In this document: positions 6,892 to 15,758 of the stretch, in pieces
Layout: the number at the start of each line of letters is the position of its first letter
Position numbering within the stretch: the stretch's first letter is position 1
DNA from: a virus
Taxonomy: Duplodnaviria > Caudoviricetes
Length of the DNA stretch: 32,957 nt
Direction: 5' to 3' (one strand)
Virus record (IMG/VR): IMGVR_UViG_3300017913_001570
Span: 1 to 32,957 of that record
Notes under the pieces: model-generated
What the model was told of the DNA's origin: nothing
Database searches by the model: none
What the model saw: the letters and a program-made list of their open reading frames with translations, nothing else
Position numbers and translations under genes: made by a program

Positions 6892-7803
6892 ATGTCATTC
6901 GAAAACTTAAAACGCAATCGCGACCAAATCTCAAAACTCGTTCAAGCTGCCGAAGCAGCAGGTGGCGGCACCAATGAAAAGAAAAACTATGGTGACGACC
7001 GTCTCTGGAAACCCACAGTAGATAAAGCAGGTAATGGTTATGCCGTACTCCGGTTCCTTCCAGCAAAAGAAGGACAAGAATTACCCTGGGTCCGTTACTG
7101 GGACCATGGATTCAAAGGACCAACCGGTTTATGGTATATCGAAAACAGCCTTACTTCTATTGGTCAACCTGACCCAGTTGGCGAGCTCAACTCCCGTTTG
7201 TGGAATTCAGGTATCGATGCAGACAAAGAAACTGCACGAAACCAAAAACGCCGACTCCATTATGTAGTTAACGCACTTGTTGTGCAAGACCCTGGTAACC
7301 CTGCGAATGAGGGTAAGGTCATGCTATACAAGTTCGGCAAGAAAATCTTTGAAAAGATTATGGATGTAATGCAACCATCTTTTGCCGATGAAACACCTGT
7401 TAATCCATTCGACTTCTGGGATGGTGCAGACTTTAAATTGAAAATCCGAAATGTTGAAGGATACCGTAATTATGATAAGTCAGAGTTTGCAAGCGCATCT
7501 GCTCTCCATGATGGAGATGAATCCAGATTGGAAGCAGTCTATAACCAACTACATGATCTCAGTGAGTTCACCGACCCCAAAAACTACAAGTCATACGACG
7601 AGCTCAAAGCCAAGTTGATGCGTGTGTTGGGTGAGGAAACCGCTTCTGTTGGTGCACCTACCATGGCGCAGACACAGATGGTTAATGAACCAGTTGCTGC
7701 CCCTGAACCTCAGATGATGGAACCCATCACTGCTGAGGAAATGAAAACTGACGATGATGACGATACAATGTCATACTTCGCCAAGTTGGCAAATGAAGAT
7801 TAA
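6892..7803 (+). CDS. gp32: Single-stranded DNA-binding protein, T4 gp32-like
   Basis: DDRLWKP..DKAGNGYAVLRFLPA, WYIENSLTSIG, YKFGKKIF, NPFDFWDGADFKLK, NYDKSEF and acidic C-terminal tail. Confidence 0.97.
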   Translation: MSFENLKRNRDQISKLVQAAEAAGGGTNEKKNYGDDRLWKPTVDKAGNGYAVLRFLPAKEGQELPWVRYWDHGFKGPTGLWYIENSLTSIGQPDPVGELNSRLWNSGIDADKETARNQKRRLHYVVNALVVQDPGNPANEGKVMLYKFGKKIFEKIMDVMQPSFADETPVNPFDFWDGADFKLKIRNVEGYRNYDKSEFASASALHDGDESRLEAVYNQLHDLSEFTDPKNYKSYDELKAKLMRVLGEETASVGAPTMAQTQMVNEPVAAPEPQMMEPITAEEMKTDDDDDTMSYFAKLANED

Positions 7804-9692
7804 TAAGTATCATGAACCGAATCGGTCGCAGAGGTCTCTGCCGCTACAATGGCATTGCGCTCTGTGGCCATTTGGATTAGTCTTCGGTCACTGGCATCTA
7901 GTGCAGTAACACCATAACCTTGAGGCACTGCACCTGTTAAACTCGGCGCCGTTTGTGCTGGTATTGATACAGGTGCGAGTGCTTCATATAAACCCTCTAC
8001 ACCTTTTCTTAAAATATCCAAATCTTCTGTTTTTAGATTTTTGAGGCCTTGGCCAAACCCTGTCTGGCGTGTACCTACCAAATTTGAAAGCCAGTTTGCA
8101 TCATCATCTTGTAATTTACCACCGTTGATCAAGATAGGCAGAATCCTCAATGCACGACCAACATCCATCATTGTCTCTGCAATTCTAGTAGCAAAGGATG
8201 TTCCCATTTCCATGTCAGCAATGTTCTTGAACGAGACAAAGAAACGGTCAAGTGATCCACTTAATCGGTCCATATTGGTAATAATTTCATTGTCAAGAGT
8301 TTTCATTGGTTCTAAACCATCGATCAAAGCTTCAATAGGTGTTCTATTTGCCGCGGCCTTATAATCTGTATTGAACAAGAAATCAACAAAACCTAAGAAA
8401 CCGTCTTGGAAAGGCTTTATTGTTTCATTAAATGTTTTCATCAGATCAGAACCAAAGAATGACATTAGTGCAGAAGATATACCCTCCAAACCTGAACCTA
8501 GGTTATCATCAAACTTAATATCCTCGAATGCCTTAATACCTTCTGCTGTGTTTGTAAGTAACTGTTTAAATCCTTTACCAGGTTCATCTCCAGTTAGTTT
8601 ACCAATTACTTTAACACCAGCATCACCTGCGGCAATGCCAGTAAAGAACGCACCAATACCTAAACCTATAGCGGCAAAACCACCAGCAACTGCAGTTTTA
8701 CCTCCAGGAAATAACCCTGCTAAAACTCCAACACCACCTAGTGCGGTTAATACATCTAGTGTCTTTTGATCGAATGCACTTACTGCCTCACCAAAATTCA
8801 TCATTACGGTCTTTATGGATTCACCGTTTGAGTTCATCCACTGAATAGATTTATCACCACCAGCAATTGCTGCAAAGAAAGCAGCAATACCAACACCGAC
8901 AGCGGCCATTCCAGCAGCCGCCTTTGCAGATTTGCCAATACCAAATACAGCACCAAATGCGGCACTACCAGCGAGTAAACCACCTACAGCTATAAGTTGA
9001 TCATTATTTAAAGCACCTATACCAGCTGCAAAATTTTCTAGGAATGTTTTTAGGCCTTCGCCAGTAGATTCCATTTCGGTTATGGCCATGTCAGCAGCAC
9101 CAAGGGCACTAAAGAAGCCAGCAATACCAATACCTACGGCACCAAGACCCACTACAATGTCACCACCACCAAGGCCTGGCATGGCTGTGAATAAAGCAGA
9201 ACCAGCAAAGAGTGCACCCATTGCTTTTAGATCTCTATCACTAAACGATGCAAGACCAGCGCCTAGGTTTACCATGAGTTTTCTAAGATTGTCACCGGTA
9301 CCAAATTTTTCCATGATACTTTCGGCACCACCTAAAGCCAAGAAGAATGCACCTAGTCCAGCACCAGCGGCTCCCATACCAACACCGAGTCCAGCAAATG
9401 CTCCACCCATGCCCGCAAAGTTCATTTGATTATTTGAACCTATAGTTTTACGGTTGTCTGTTCTACTACGGTCTATACCAACAAATTTACGACTTGTCTC
9501 ACGCTCTTTTTCAAGACGATCACCTTCAGCAGCTTTTTGTGCAATAAAATGTTTTTTCAGAAGTGTAGTCAAGACGGCAACTTCTTGTGCAACGGATAAT
9601 GTTGCAGCGTAGTTTTGGTCCGCTCGGGCCGTCTGGTCTAAATTATTAGCCTTGAGAGCCTTAATTACATCTTCTAATGTTTTTTCAGCCAT
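7800..9692 (-). CDS. Probable tail tape measure protein (functional equivalent of T4 gp29)
   Basis: 630 aa, Gly/Ala-rich helical protein with ~77-79-aa repeats, directly downstream of gp26/gp51. Confidence 0.65.
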   Translation of the reverse strand: MAEKTLEDVIKALKANNLDQTARADQNYAATLSVAQEVAVLTTLLKKHFIAQKAAEGDRLEKERETSRKFVGIDRSRTDNRKTIGSNNQMNFAGMGGAFAGLGVGMGAAGAGLGAFFLALGGAESIMEKFGTGDNLRKLMVNLGAGLASFSDRDLKAMGALFAGSALFTAMPGLGGGDIVVGLGAVGIGIAGFFSALGAADMAITEMESTGEGLKTFLENFAAGIGALNNDQLIAVGGLLAGSAAFGAVFGIGKSAKAAAGMAAVGVGIAAFFAAIAGGDKSIQWMNSNGESIKTVMMNFGEAVSAFDQKTLDVLTALGGVGVLAGLFPGGKTAVAGGFAAIGLGIGAFFTGIAAGDAGVKVIGKLTGDEPGKGFKQLLTNTAEGIKAFEDIKFDDNLGSGLEGISSALMSFFGSDLMKTFNETIKPFQDGFLGFVDFLFNTDYKAAANRTPIEALIDGLEPMKTLDNEIITNMDRLSGSLDRFFVSFKNIADMEMGTSFATRIAETMMDVGRALRILPILINGGKLQDDDANWLSNLVGTRQTGFGQGLKNLKTEDLDILRKGVEGLYEALAPVSIPAQTAPSLTGAVPQGYGVTALDASDRRLIQMATERNAIVAAETSATDSVHDTY

Positions 9693-9693
9693 T

Positions 9694-9852
9694 TTATCTA
9701 CCCATCTGTTGGTATTTTAGTTCTTCTTCTTTTATATGGTCAATCAACATATTCACATAAACTTCTTTTTCCCATGGTATCATCATGTCTATCTCATTTA
9801 AGGAGTATTTGTGATGTTGCATTAAGTCGAAGTTTGTTTTATAATGCACCAT
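9694..9852 (-). CDS. gp51: Baseplate hub assembly factor, gp51-like short ORF (not in ORF track); probably expressed as a -1 frameshift extension of gp26
   Basis: MVHYKTNFDLMQHHKYSLNEIDMMIPWEKEVYVNMLIDHIKEEE...; frame stays open upstream to the gp26 end; no SD before either Met. Confidence 0.8.
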   Translation of the reverse strand: MVHYKTNFDLMQHHKYSLNEIDMMIPWEKEVYVNMLIDHIKEEELKYQQMGR

Positions 9853-9875
9853 TAGGTTTGTATGAGATAGACATA

Positions 9876-10583
9876 TTAGAAAAAACTTTGCATACCCTCC
9901 AAAGTTAATTTGTTATCTTTACCACAGGCATCACATTTAAATTCCACATCACATTTCACTGAAGGCATGTTTTCCATGTATTCGCGAATTTGTTGAAACT
10001 GTTCTGAACTCATCTGCTCAATAAAATCCACAACCTCAGAGCGTGGAACATCTTTAACCAAAATTCTCTCATCTTCTGTACAGATAGCCTCGATTGATTC
10101 CACAATCAATCCAAAGATACGGTCTAGATTTGACCCTGTACCAACAACCGATTCATTAGATGCAATGTCGTTATATGTCGGTTGTTTCATTTCAACTGTA
10201 ATATCATCAGTCAATTTAATTTTATTTGATTTTACCTCACCATCAACCTTAATGTCATTCAGATCAATAGTCACTGGTGTTTCACCATCGCACTCACATT
10301 TTAGATTTACTTCTGTCTTTTCACCAACAGACTTACCCCTAATCTGCAAGAACATATATTCAACGTCGTATGATGTTAACTTACTAGGCTCAATTGGATC
10401 CTCAACACATGACACGATAGTGTCCAGAATTGCAGTTGCAATCTGTTTAGGGTCTTGGGATTCCATAGCAATCAGAAGAATTTTTTCCTCTTTGACCACA
10501 AACGGTCGAATACGGACTTCTTCTTTTAATGATGGAATAGTTACCGTATATTTCGGCATACTATTTAGTTTTGGTAAAGCCAT
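9876..10583 (-). CDS. gp26: Baseplate hub assembly protein, T4 gp26-like
   Basis: MALPKL..PKY...IPS, RPFVVKEEKILLIAMES, DVEYMFLQIRGKSVGE, Cys pairs, C-terminal LEGMQSFF. Confidence 0.9.
   Translation of the reverse strand: MALPKLNSMPKYTVTIPSLKEEVRIRPFVVKEEKILLIAMESQDPKQIATAILDTIVSCVEDPIEPSKLTSYDVEYMFLQIRGKSVGEKTEVNLKCECDGETPVTIDLNDIKVDGEVKSNKIKLTDDITVEMKQPTYNDIASNESVVGTGSNLDRIFGLIVESIEAICTEDERILVKDVPRSEVVDFIEQMSSEQFQQIREYMENMPSVKCDVEFKCDACGKDNKLTLEGMQSFF
9879..9900 (-). promoter_or_regulatory. Putative programmed -1 ribosomal frameshift signal
   Basis: Minus strand GGAGG-N10-T TTT TTC TAA at the last two codons of gp26. Confidence 0.6.
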
Positions 10584-10593
10584 AATTTACTCC

Positions 10594-11256
10594 TTATGAA
10601 AAAATAGACCCAAAGCCGCCACTCACTGAAATAAAGCCTTGGGTATCATTAATCGCTTTCCATTTTGTGTAGGACAACTGTACAGTAACCTGTACAAGTC
10701 CGTCGAGTTCATTGTTTAATTCAATAGCACTCACCGTAGTTGGGAATGCATTCTCAAGTTGTACCGAGTACGAAGTACCTTGCCCTACACCTATGTTGAT
10801 TCCTACTGGACCAAAGTCAAAAGACTTATTGATGATAGGTTTGCGCAGTTGGTGAATTTTTACATCACGCTGGTATTCGTTCTTGTATTTTACTAATTGT
10901 GTTTCTTCGTTGACAGTAGATGCCATCCACTTGTCAAAGTATTTCTTTACACCGTAGTCATTTAGTGCATAGAATGTCATGGTCACATCATCCACAGCAT
11001 ATCCATATGCCACTTTCTGATATTCCATACCGATTCTACGGTCGTGTGTTAATATCTGTTTGCCTGGTAAAGATGCACTTGCACATAATAGATTCAGGTC
11101 ACCACCACCCATGCTACCAGATGTAACAAGTGATGTCAGAGCGGATAATAAACTACCGCTTGCAAAGTCGGACGGTAATTCAACAAGGAACTGATTGCTT
11201 CTTGCAAAACCTAGTTTGGATGAGGCTAAACTTTTTAACTGATCAACACTGGCCAT
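10594..11256 (-). CDS. Tail tube family protein (gp19/gp54-like tube initiator)
   Basis: GFARSNQFLV, LCASASLPG, YFDKW, LENAFPTTVSAIEL...VTVQLSYTKW. Confidence 0.7.
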   Translation of the reverse strand: MASVDQLKSLASSKLGFARSNQFLVELPSDFASGSLLSALTSLVTSGSMGGGDLNLLCASASLPGKQILTHDRRIGMEYQKVAYGYAVDDVTMTFYALNDYGVKKYFDKWMASTVNEETQLVKYKNEYQRDVKIHQLRKPIINKSFDFGPVGINIGVGQGTSYSVQLENAFPTTVSAIELNNELDGLVQVTVQLSYTKWKAINDTQGFISVSGGFGSIFS

Positions 11257-11846
11257 TAAATCATCTTCCTTGAATCTCTATAAACTTGATTTGAACTACT
11301 ATTCTGCCAATCAGCAGTCGGTAAAAATGTAGCAATCTCCCACTCGGGCGCATGCACTCTTGCCAGTCTGCTTCTTACTTGAGAAAATAGATATTGTTTC
11401 ACACAAGGTTTATAGAACCTAGTCTTTGCTGTAGCGGCCAACATCTTATAGGTTACGTTGAACCTTGTTGTCTCGTCATATCTTTTATTTGTTGTGGTAT
11501 CCATTAGAGAATCCAACAACTTGGCTCTCAGTATGGGTGGCAGATAATGTAGATTCAAACCCATAAAGCCTTTTGGTGCACCACCGATGATGATAACCAA
11601 AGGAAACTTATCGTAGTATGGCAAGGTGTCCTTATGTTTTGCATCATAGAAAAACATATTCATGGAACCGATAAGAGGATTCTGCTTGTTAGCAAGAGTA
11701 ACCTCATCTTGGTTCATTAACTGGCTACGATTAATCCGACGCATATCTTGCAGTCTTTTACGGAACCATTCACGTGACTCATCGGTACGTGGATTGATTC
11801 CGGCACGAAATGCCTCATAGCCTATCTTTTGAAATAAATTTGCCAT
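11256..11846 (-). CDS. gp2: DNA end protector protein, T4 gp2-like
   Basis: MFFYDAKHKDTLPYYDKFPLV, GLNLHYLPP..RAKLLD, WEIATFLPT. Confidence 0.93.
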   Translation of the reverse strand: MANLFQKIGYEAFRAGINPRTDESREWFRKRLQDMRRINRSQLMNQDEVTLANKQNPLIGSMNMFFYDAKHKDTLPYYDKFPLVIIIGGAPKGFMGLNLHYLPPILRAKLLDSLMDTTTNKRYDETTRFNVTYKMLAATAKTRFYKPCVKQYLFSQVRSRLARVHAPEWEIATFLPTADWQNSSSNQVYRDSRKMI

Positions 11847-11851
11847 ACCAC

Positions 11852-11859
11852 TATTTATA
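11852..11859 (-). promoter_or_regulatory. T4-type late promoter for gp2
   Basis: TATAAATA on the minus strand, 5 nt before the ATG. Confidence 0.75.
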
Positions 11860-11860
11860 A

Positions 11861-12358
11861 CTATTTTTTGGATTTTTTGCGGTATGGTTTCAATGGTTTG
11901 AGAGGTTTTAACTTACCTTTTTGTTCCTTCATGATACCCATTGACTTGAGAGTATTTTCTGTCCATATCTGAAACTCCCACCCACGGTCCTTTGCATATT
12001 CATTGGCCGCTTCCCACTTGTTCATATTCTTGACATATGTCATGGCCTCACCGATATACCGTTTGGATTTATTAGGGTTCTTCGGTAACTCGGTTTCTTT
12101 TTCTGGTTTTATCTCTACAAGTATTGTCTTACCATTAGTAAAAGTAATTTTCAGATCCACAAAGTACCTGTGCATCTTTTTATCAACGTCCCATTTATAG
12201 GGTACAACTGTTTCCTCTGATGACCAATACTTGACACTTGGATTACCTTCACACCACATAAAGCATAACTTCTCCCAGTGTGATCTATATGTCACTTTGT
12301 CTGGGTCTCCCCTGTACTTGCCTAGGTTCTTTACTTTGTATTTGCCTGAATATGCCAT
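11861..12358 (-). CDS. gp4: Head completion nuclease, T4 gp4-like
   Basis: MAYSGKY...N..KYRGD, YRSHWE, WSSEE, HRYFVD, VEIKP, N..KWEAA. Confidence 0.93.
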   Translation of the reverse strand: MAYSGKYKVKNLGKYRGDPDKVTYRSHWEKLCFMWCEGNPSVKYWSSEETVVPYKWDVDKKMHRYFVDLKITFTNGKTILVEIKPEKETELPKNPNKSKRYIGEAMTYVKNMNKWEAANEYAKDRGWEFQIWTENTLKSMGIMKEQKGKLKPLKPLKPYRKKSKK

Positions 12359-12365
12359 GGAACCG

Positions 12366-12373
12366 TATAAATA
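12366..12373 (+). promoter_or_regulatory. T4-type late promoter for the baseplate operon
   Basis: Exact TATAAATA upstream of gp48. Confidence 0.8.
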
Positions 12374-12387
12374 GGATTATAAAATTC

Positions 12388-12395
12388 TATTTATT
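12388..12395 (-). promoter_or_regulatory. Probable variant late promoter (AATAAATA) for gp4
   Basis: 7/8 match to TATAAATA on the minus strand, 30 nt upstream of the gp4 ATG. Confidence 0.5.
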
Positions 12396-12407
12396 AAGGA
12401 TGATATA

Positions 12408-13637
12408 ATGACTTATGATCCAGTGGGTACGGGCCCCAAAGCCACAGATGCATACAGAGAAGCCAATCTAAAGGCTTTAAAAGAACGCAATGTGCAACAG
12501 CCACAAGTATCAACGAAAAAATACAATGCACCTGTAAGTGCGGATCAACAGATTGGACTGACAGGGCAAAGAATATCTCTCAAGTATCCACTTGATGATA
12601 ACTATCTTGCATATATTCAGTATCGTACACGTGAGGTTGTGCCTGCTGACTTAAAAGATGTACAGTCATTATATAGTAAATTCCAATCGTATACAGAATT
12701 AAAAAAGAAACAAGTTGTAGAAGCTGCAAATGAGATAAGATCTAGATTTGAAGCAAGTAGTGGTAGTACATATGATGAAGCTGGGGTAAATGTACCAATT
12801 ACCTCTACGACCGATGAGAGTCAAACAACTGAAGCACGCCAACAAGCAGCTCAATTTAAAAATCGTGGTGGTTCCGTTGGACTTTTAAATTTTAGAACAC
12901 AATATACGGATCCTGAAAACATTATCAAGTTGTATATGCCTCAAGCTTTACAGGTACACGATAATGTACAGTATGACCAAGTTGGTCTGGGACTGGCTGG
13001 GGCCGCGGCTTTAGGTGCAATTCAATCTGGGTCTGGGGTTGTAGAAGCAGCTGCCGCGGCCGCATCTGAGGCTTATAGCTCATTTACATCATTGTTTGGA
13101 CTAGGTAATAACGGTAATGCTAACATGGCCGGAGAAATCGGCAGAGTTGCAGCTGCAAGAGCAGCAGGTTCTGTTCGTGCATTAACACCTCAAGCAATAC
13201 AAGGTGCAATCGGTCTTGGTTTACAAGTAAAGGTTAACCCAAGCACTCGGTCCATATTTACTGGTGTTACTGTCAGAAACTTCTCATTCGTATATGATTT
13301 TTATCCAACATCTGCATTGGAATCACAACAAGTAAAGCAGATTATTAAAACATTTAGAAAACAGATGTATCCATTGTCCATCCCTGCTGATGCATACGAA
13401 GCAGGGTTCCCACTTGGATATAAATTTCCAAATCTGTTTGAGATAAAATTCCGTATTGCTAATCAGAACATTGACATGCCACAGCCACTTATGTGTTTCC
13501 TACGTGATGTGAGTACAACTTACAACCCAGGGAACATGACATTCCATGAGGACGGTAGTGCATCTCATATTCAGATGTCTTTGCAATTCCAAGAGTTCCG
13601 TGCACTGAATCAGCAAGATATAGACAAGGGTCATTAA
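12408..13637 (+). CDS. gp48: Baseplate tail tube cap, T4 gp48-like
   Basis: IKLYMP, NP.....F.GV..RNFSF...FYP.S..ES..V..II..FR..MYP, C.L..V...YNP, LQFQE. Confidence 0.85.
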   Translation: MTYDPVGTGPKATDAYREANLKALKERNVQQPQVSTKKYNAPVSADQQIGLTGQRISLKYPLDDNYLAYIQYRTREVVPADLKDVQSLYSKFQSYTELKKKQVVEAANEIRSRFEASSGSTYDEAGVNVPITSTTDESQTTEARQQAAQFKNRGGSVGLLNFRTQYTDPENIIKLYMPQALQVHDNVQYDQVGLGLAGAAALGAIQSGSGVVEAAAAAASEAYSSFTSLFGLGNNGNANMAGEIGRVAAARAAGSVRALTPQAIQGAIGLGLQVKVNPSTRSIFTGVTVRNFSFVYDFYPTSALESQQVKQIIKTFRKQMYPLSIPADAYEAGFPLGYKFPNLFEIKFRIANQNIDMPQPLMCFLRDVSTTYNPGNMTFHEDGSASHIQMSLQFQEFRALNQQDIDKGH

Positions 13638-13638
13638 T

Positions 13639-14391
13639 ATGTCTAACTTCTTTAATAATTTTCAAACAGTTGACTACGCATTTGGTGACGACTTCATCAA
13701 AAAAGGTGGTGGTGATCTTTACCTTGAGTTGTTCCAAGACATCAGTAGTTATGTGGACGTGGTTGATGAGATTAAAAACCAAGCACCTTTTTATGCAAAG
13801 TACTATGTGCTAGAGAATGACAGACCAGACCAAGTGTCTCAAAAAATCTACGGAACCACTGATTATCACTGGACCTTTTTTATTATGAACGACCACATTC
13901 GCCGTCAAGGGTGGCCTTTGTCGATGCAAGAGTTGGATAAAAAGGTCAAACGTGATTTTCCTCACAAGTACATCCAAACAAAATATGATTTAACTGGTGT
14001 GTTAATTCCAGGGCAGAGAGCCGTAGGTGCAATCAGCGGTGCCACTGGTGTGGTTTTAAAAAGAAACCTAGACATAGGTGTTGTGGTTATTGATTCAGAT
14101 GATCAATTCCAAGCGGCCGAAAATGTTTCTAATACATCATATACAGGTATCACTAAAGCAGTAACCGTTGATAATGCTGGATTTGAATACAATTCACCAC
14201 ATCATTATGAGGATGGTGACGGCAATCCAGTTGACATTGACCCTGCTGTAGGTCCAGGTGCACTGGTTAATGAGGTTACACACTATGACGAGTACATTAG
14301 GCAAAATGATAAATTAAAAGAGATAAATGTAATCCGTCCTGATGCAATTCAAAATGTTGTTGGGGCATATTTCGAAGCACTTAAATCATGA
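13639..14391 (+). CDS. gp53: Baseplate wedge subunit, T4 gp53-like
   Basis: MSNFFNNF..VDY, DRPDQVSQKIYG..DYHWTFFIMN, WPLS, N...K.INVIRP. Confidence 0.88.
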   Translation: MSNFFNNFQTVDYAFGDDFIKKGGGDLYLELFQDISSYVDVVDEIKNQAPFYAKYYVLENDRPDQVSQKIYGTTDYHWTFFIMNDHIRRQGWPLSMQELDKKVKRDFPHKYIQTKYDLTGVLIPGQRAVGAISGATGVVLKRNLDIGVVVIDSDDQFQAAENVSNTSYTGITKAVTVDNAGFEYNSPHHYEDGDGNPVDIDPAVGPGALVNEVTHYDEYIRQNDKLKEINVIRPDAIQNVVGAYFEALKS

Positions 14392-15758
14392 GCACTGATC
14401 AACTTAAGGTAGGCGGTCAGGAAGGTTCATCAACCTTTCAGATTGTCTCGGCAAATTTAACTTCCAGCAGATCACTATACACAGTGGATATTTCTTCTGT
14501 TGTTAGTGAACTTGCCGTCTACGAGCATCTAGACAAACCGTATGTTACTGGTTACCTAACAATAGTTGACAATGAAAAACTCATGGAAAGATTTGATTTC
14601 CAAGGGGCCGAGAAATTTGAATTTGTATTTAAGAAGTACGGTCCAGATGCCAAGAGTCTGAACAGAACATTTATAATCCAAAATGTAGAAAAACAAATTA
14701 AAACAAATGAGTTTACTCAGGTTGTCATATTTAAGATTATTGACGAAGAGGCATTTAAATCTGGACTACAGAATGTAAACAAAGCATATAACGGACAACC
14801 TTCAGATATTATCCAAAAAATATTACAAGATTATATTGGGGATGGTCAAATAGAGACATCGGTAGAAAACCGTGTGCAAGATACCATGAAGGTTATTGTT
14901 CCAAATATGACACCATTGTCTGCAATGCAATGGGTGAAAAATAGAGCCATAAACAGAAATGGATATCCGTTTTATCTGTATAAATCTGCTTTTAAATATA
15001 CAGGTAAAGCAGACTATAGGTTTGTAGACCTAGAAACAATCATAGAATCACCAGTGATAAACGAAAAACTACCTTTCAACGATGTTCAAGCTCCTGGCGC
15101 TGGCACATCTAAAGCTAGAGAGTTGGTGATTCATAAGTTGTCTGTTCCTGAACAACATGACCTATACGATATGATTGATACCGGTGTGATTGGTTCTGTA
15201 CAAAGATACTATGATGTATCCAAGGCAGATTTTGAGTCAATAGACTTTAACATAAATAATGATGTCATTGTTGATGCAATGAAACTTAATAAAAGACAAC
15301 AGAAGCCAATCATTGACGGTAAACTTGCATATGATGAGGTTGCCATATCAGATTATAAGTCTCGGTATACAGCACATATTACAGGATCAAAAGCCTATAA
15401 CAATACAAAATCTTTTGATGACGGTACAGATCCAGGTGATAACCAAAAGAAGATTAAGGCTTTGGCCATCAAGAAACTTATGGAAAAGGCACCAATCAAG
15501 ATTACGGTAGATGCTGCAGAGTTTATTAATGGTGATGACCATCTGGGTGTTGGTAATAATATCCGTATTATCACTAAGGCTAAAACAGAAAACGTAGATG
15601 AAAAGATTGATCAGAGAATGTCAGGCGATTATACTATAGTTGCTGTTAACTATGCATTCAAGGTTGGGGCAGCTAATCAGGCAAATGCAACTATACTTTG
15701 TACAAAGATAGCCGATCTGTCAACAAACACTATTACTAGATTAGGTAAAGGCGAATGA
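14388..15758 (+). CDS. Probable baseplate hub protein (gp27-like)
   Basis: Lies between gp53 and gp5; YEHL..PYVTG...IVD, VIVPNMTPL, SGDYTIV motifs. Confidence 0.6.
   Translation: MSTDQLKVGGQEGSSTFQIVSANLTSSRSLYTVDISSVVSELAVYEHLDKPYVTGYLTIVDNEKLMERFDFQGAEKFEFVFKKYGPDAKSLNRTFIIQNVEKQIKTNEFTQVVIFKIIDEEAFKSGLQNVNKAYNGQPSDIIQKILQDYIGDGQIETSVENRVQDTMKVIVPNMTPLSAMQWVKNRAINRNGYPFYLYKSAFKYTGKADYRFVDLETIIESPVINEKLPFNDVQAPGAGTSKARELVIHKLSVPEQHDLYDMIDTGVIGSVQRYYDVSKADFESIDFNINNDVIVDAMKLNKRQQKPIIDGKLAYDEVAISDYKSRYTAHITGSKAYNNTKSFDDGTDPGDNQKKIKALAIKKLMEKAPIKITVDAAEFINGDDHLGVGNNIRIITKAKTENVDEKIDQRMSGDYTIVAVNYAFKVGAANQANATILCTKIADLSTNTITRLGKGE

Noticed and set aside
8041-9429. Plus-strand ORFs antisense to the tape-measure gene, and similar shadow ORFs elsewhere in the track
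   Set aside because: Mirror frames of real genes caused by codon bias; no RBS or recognisable motifs
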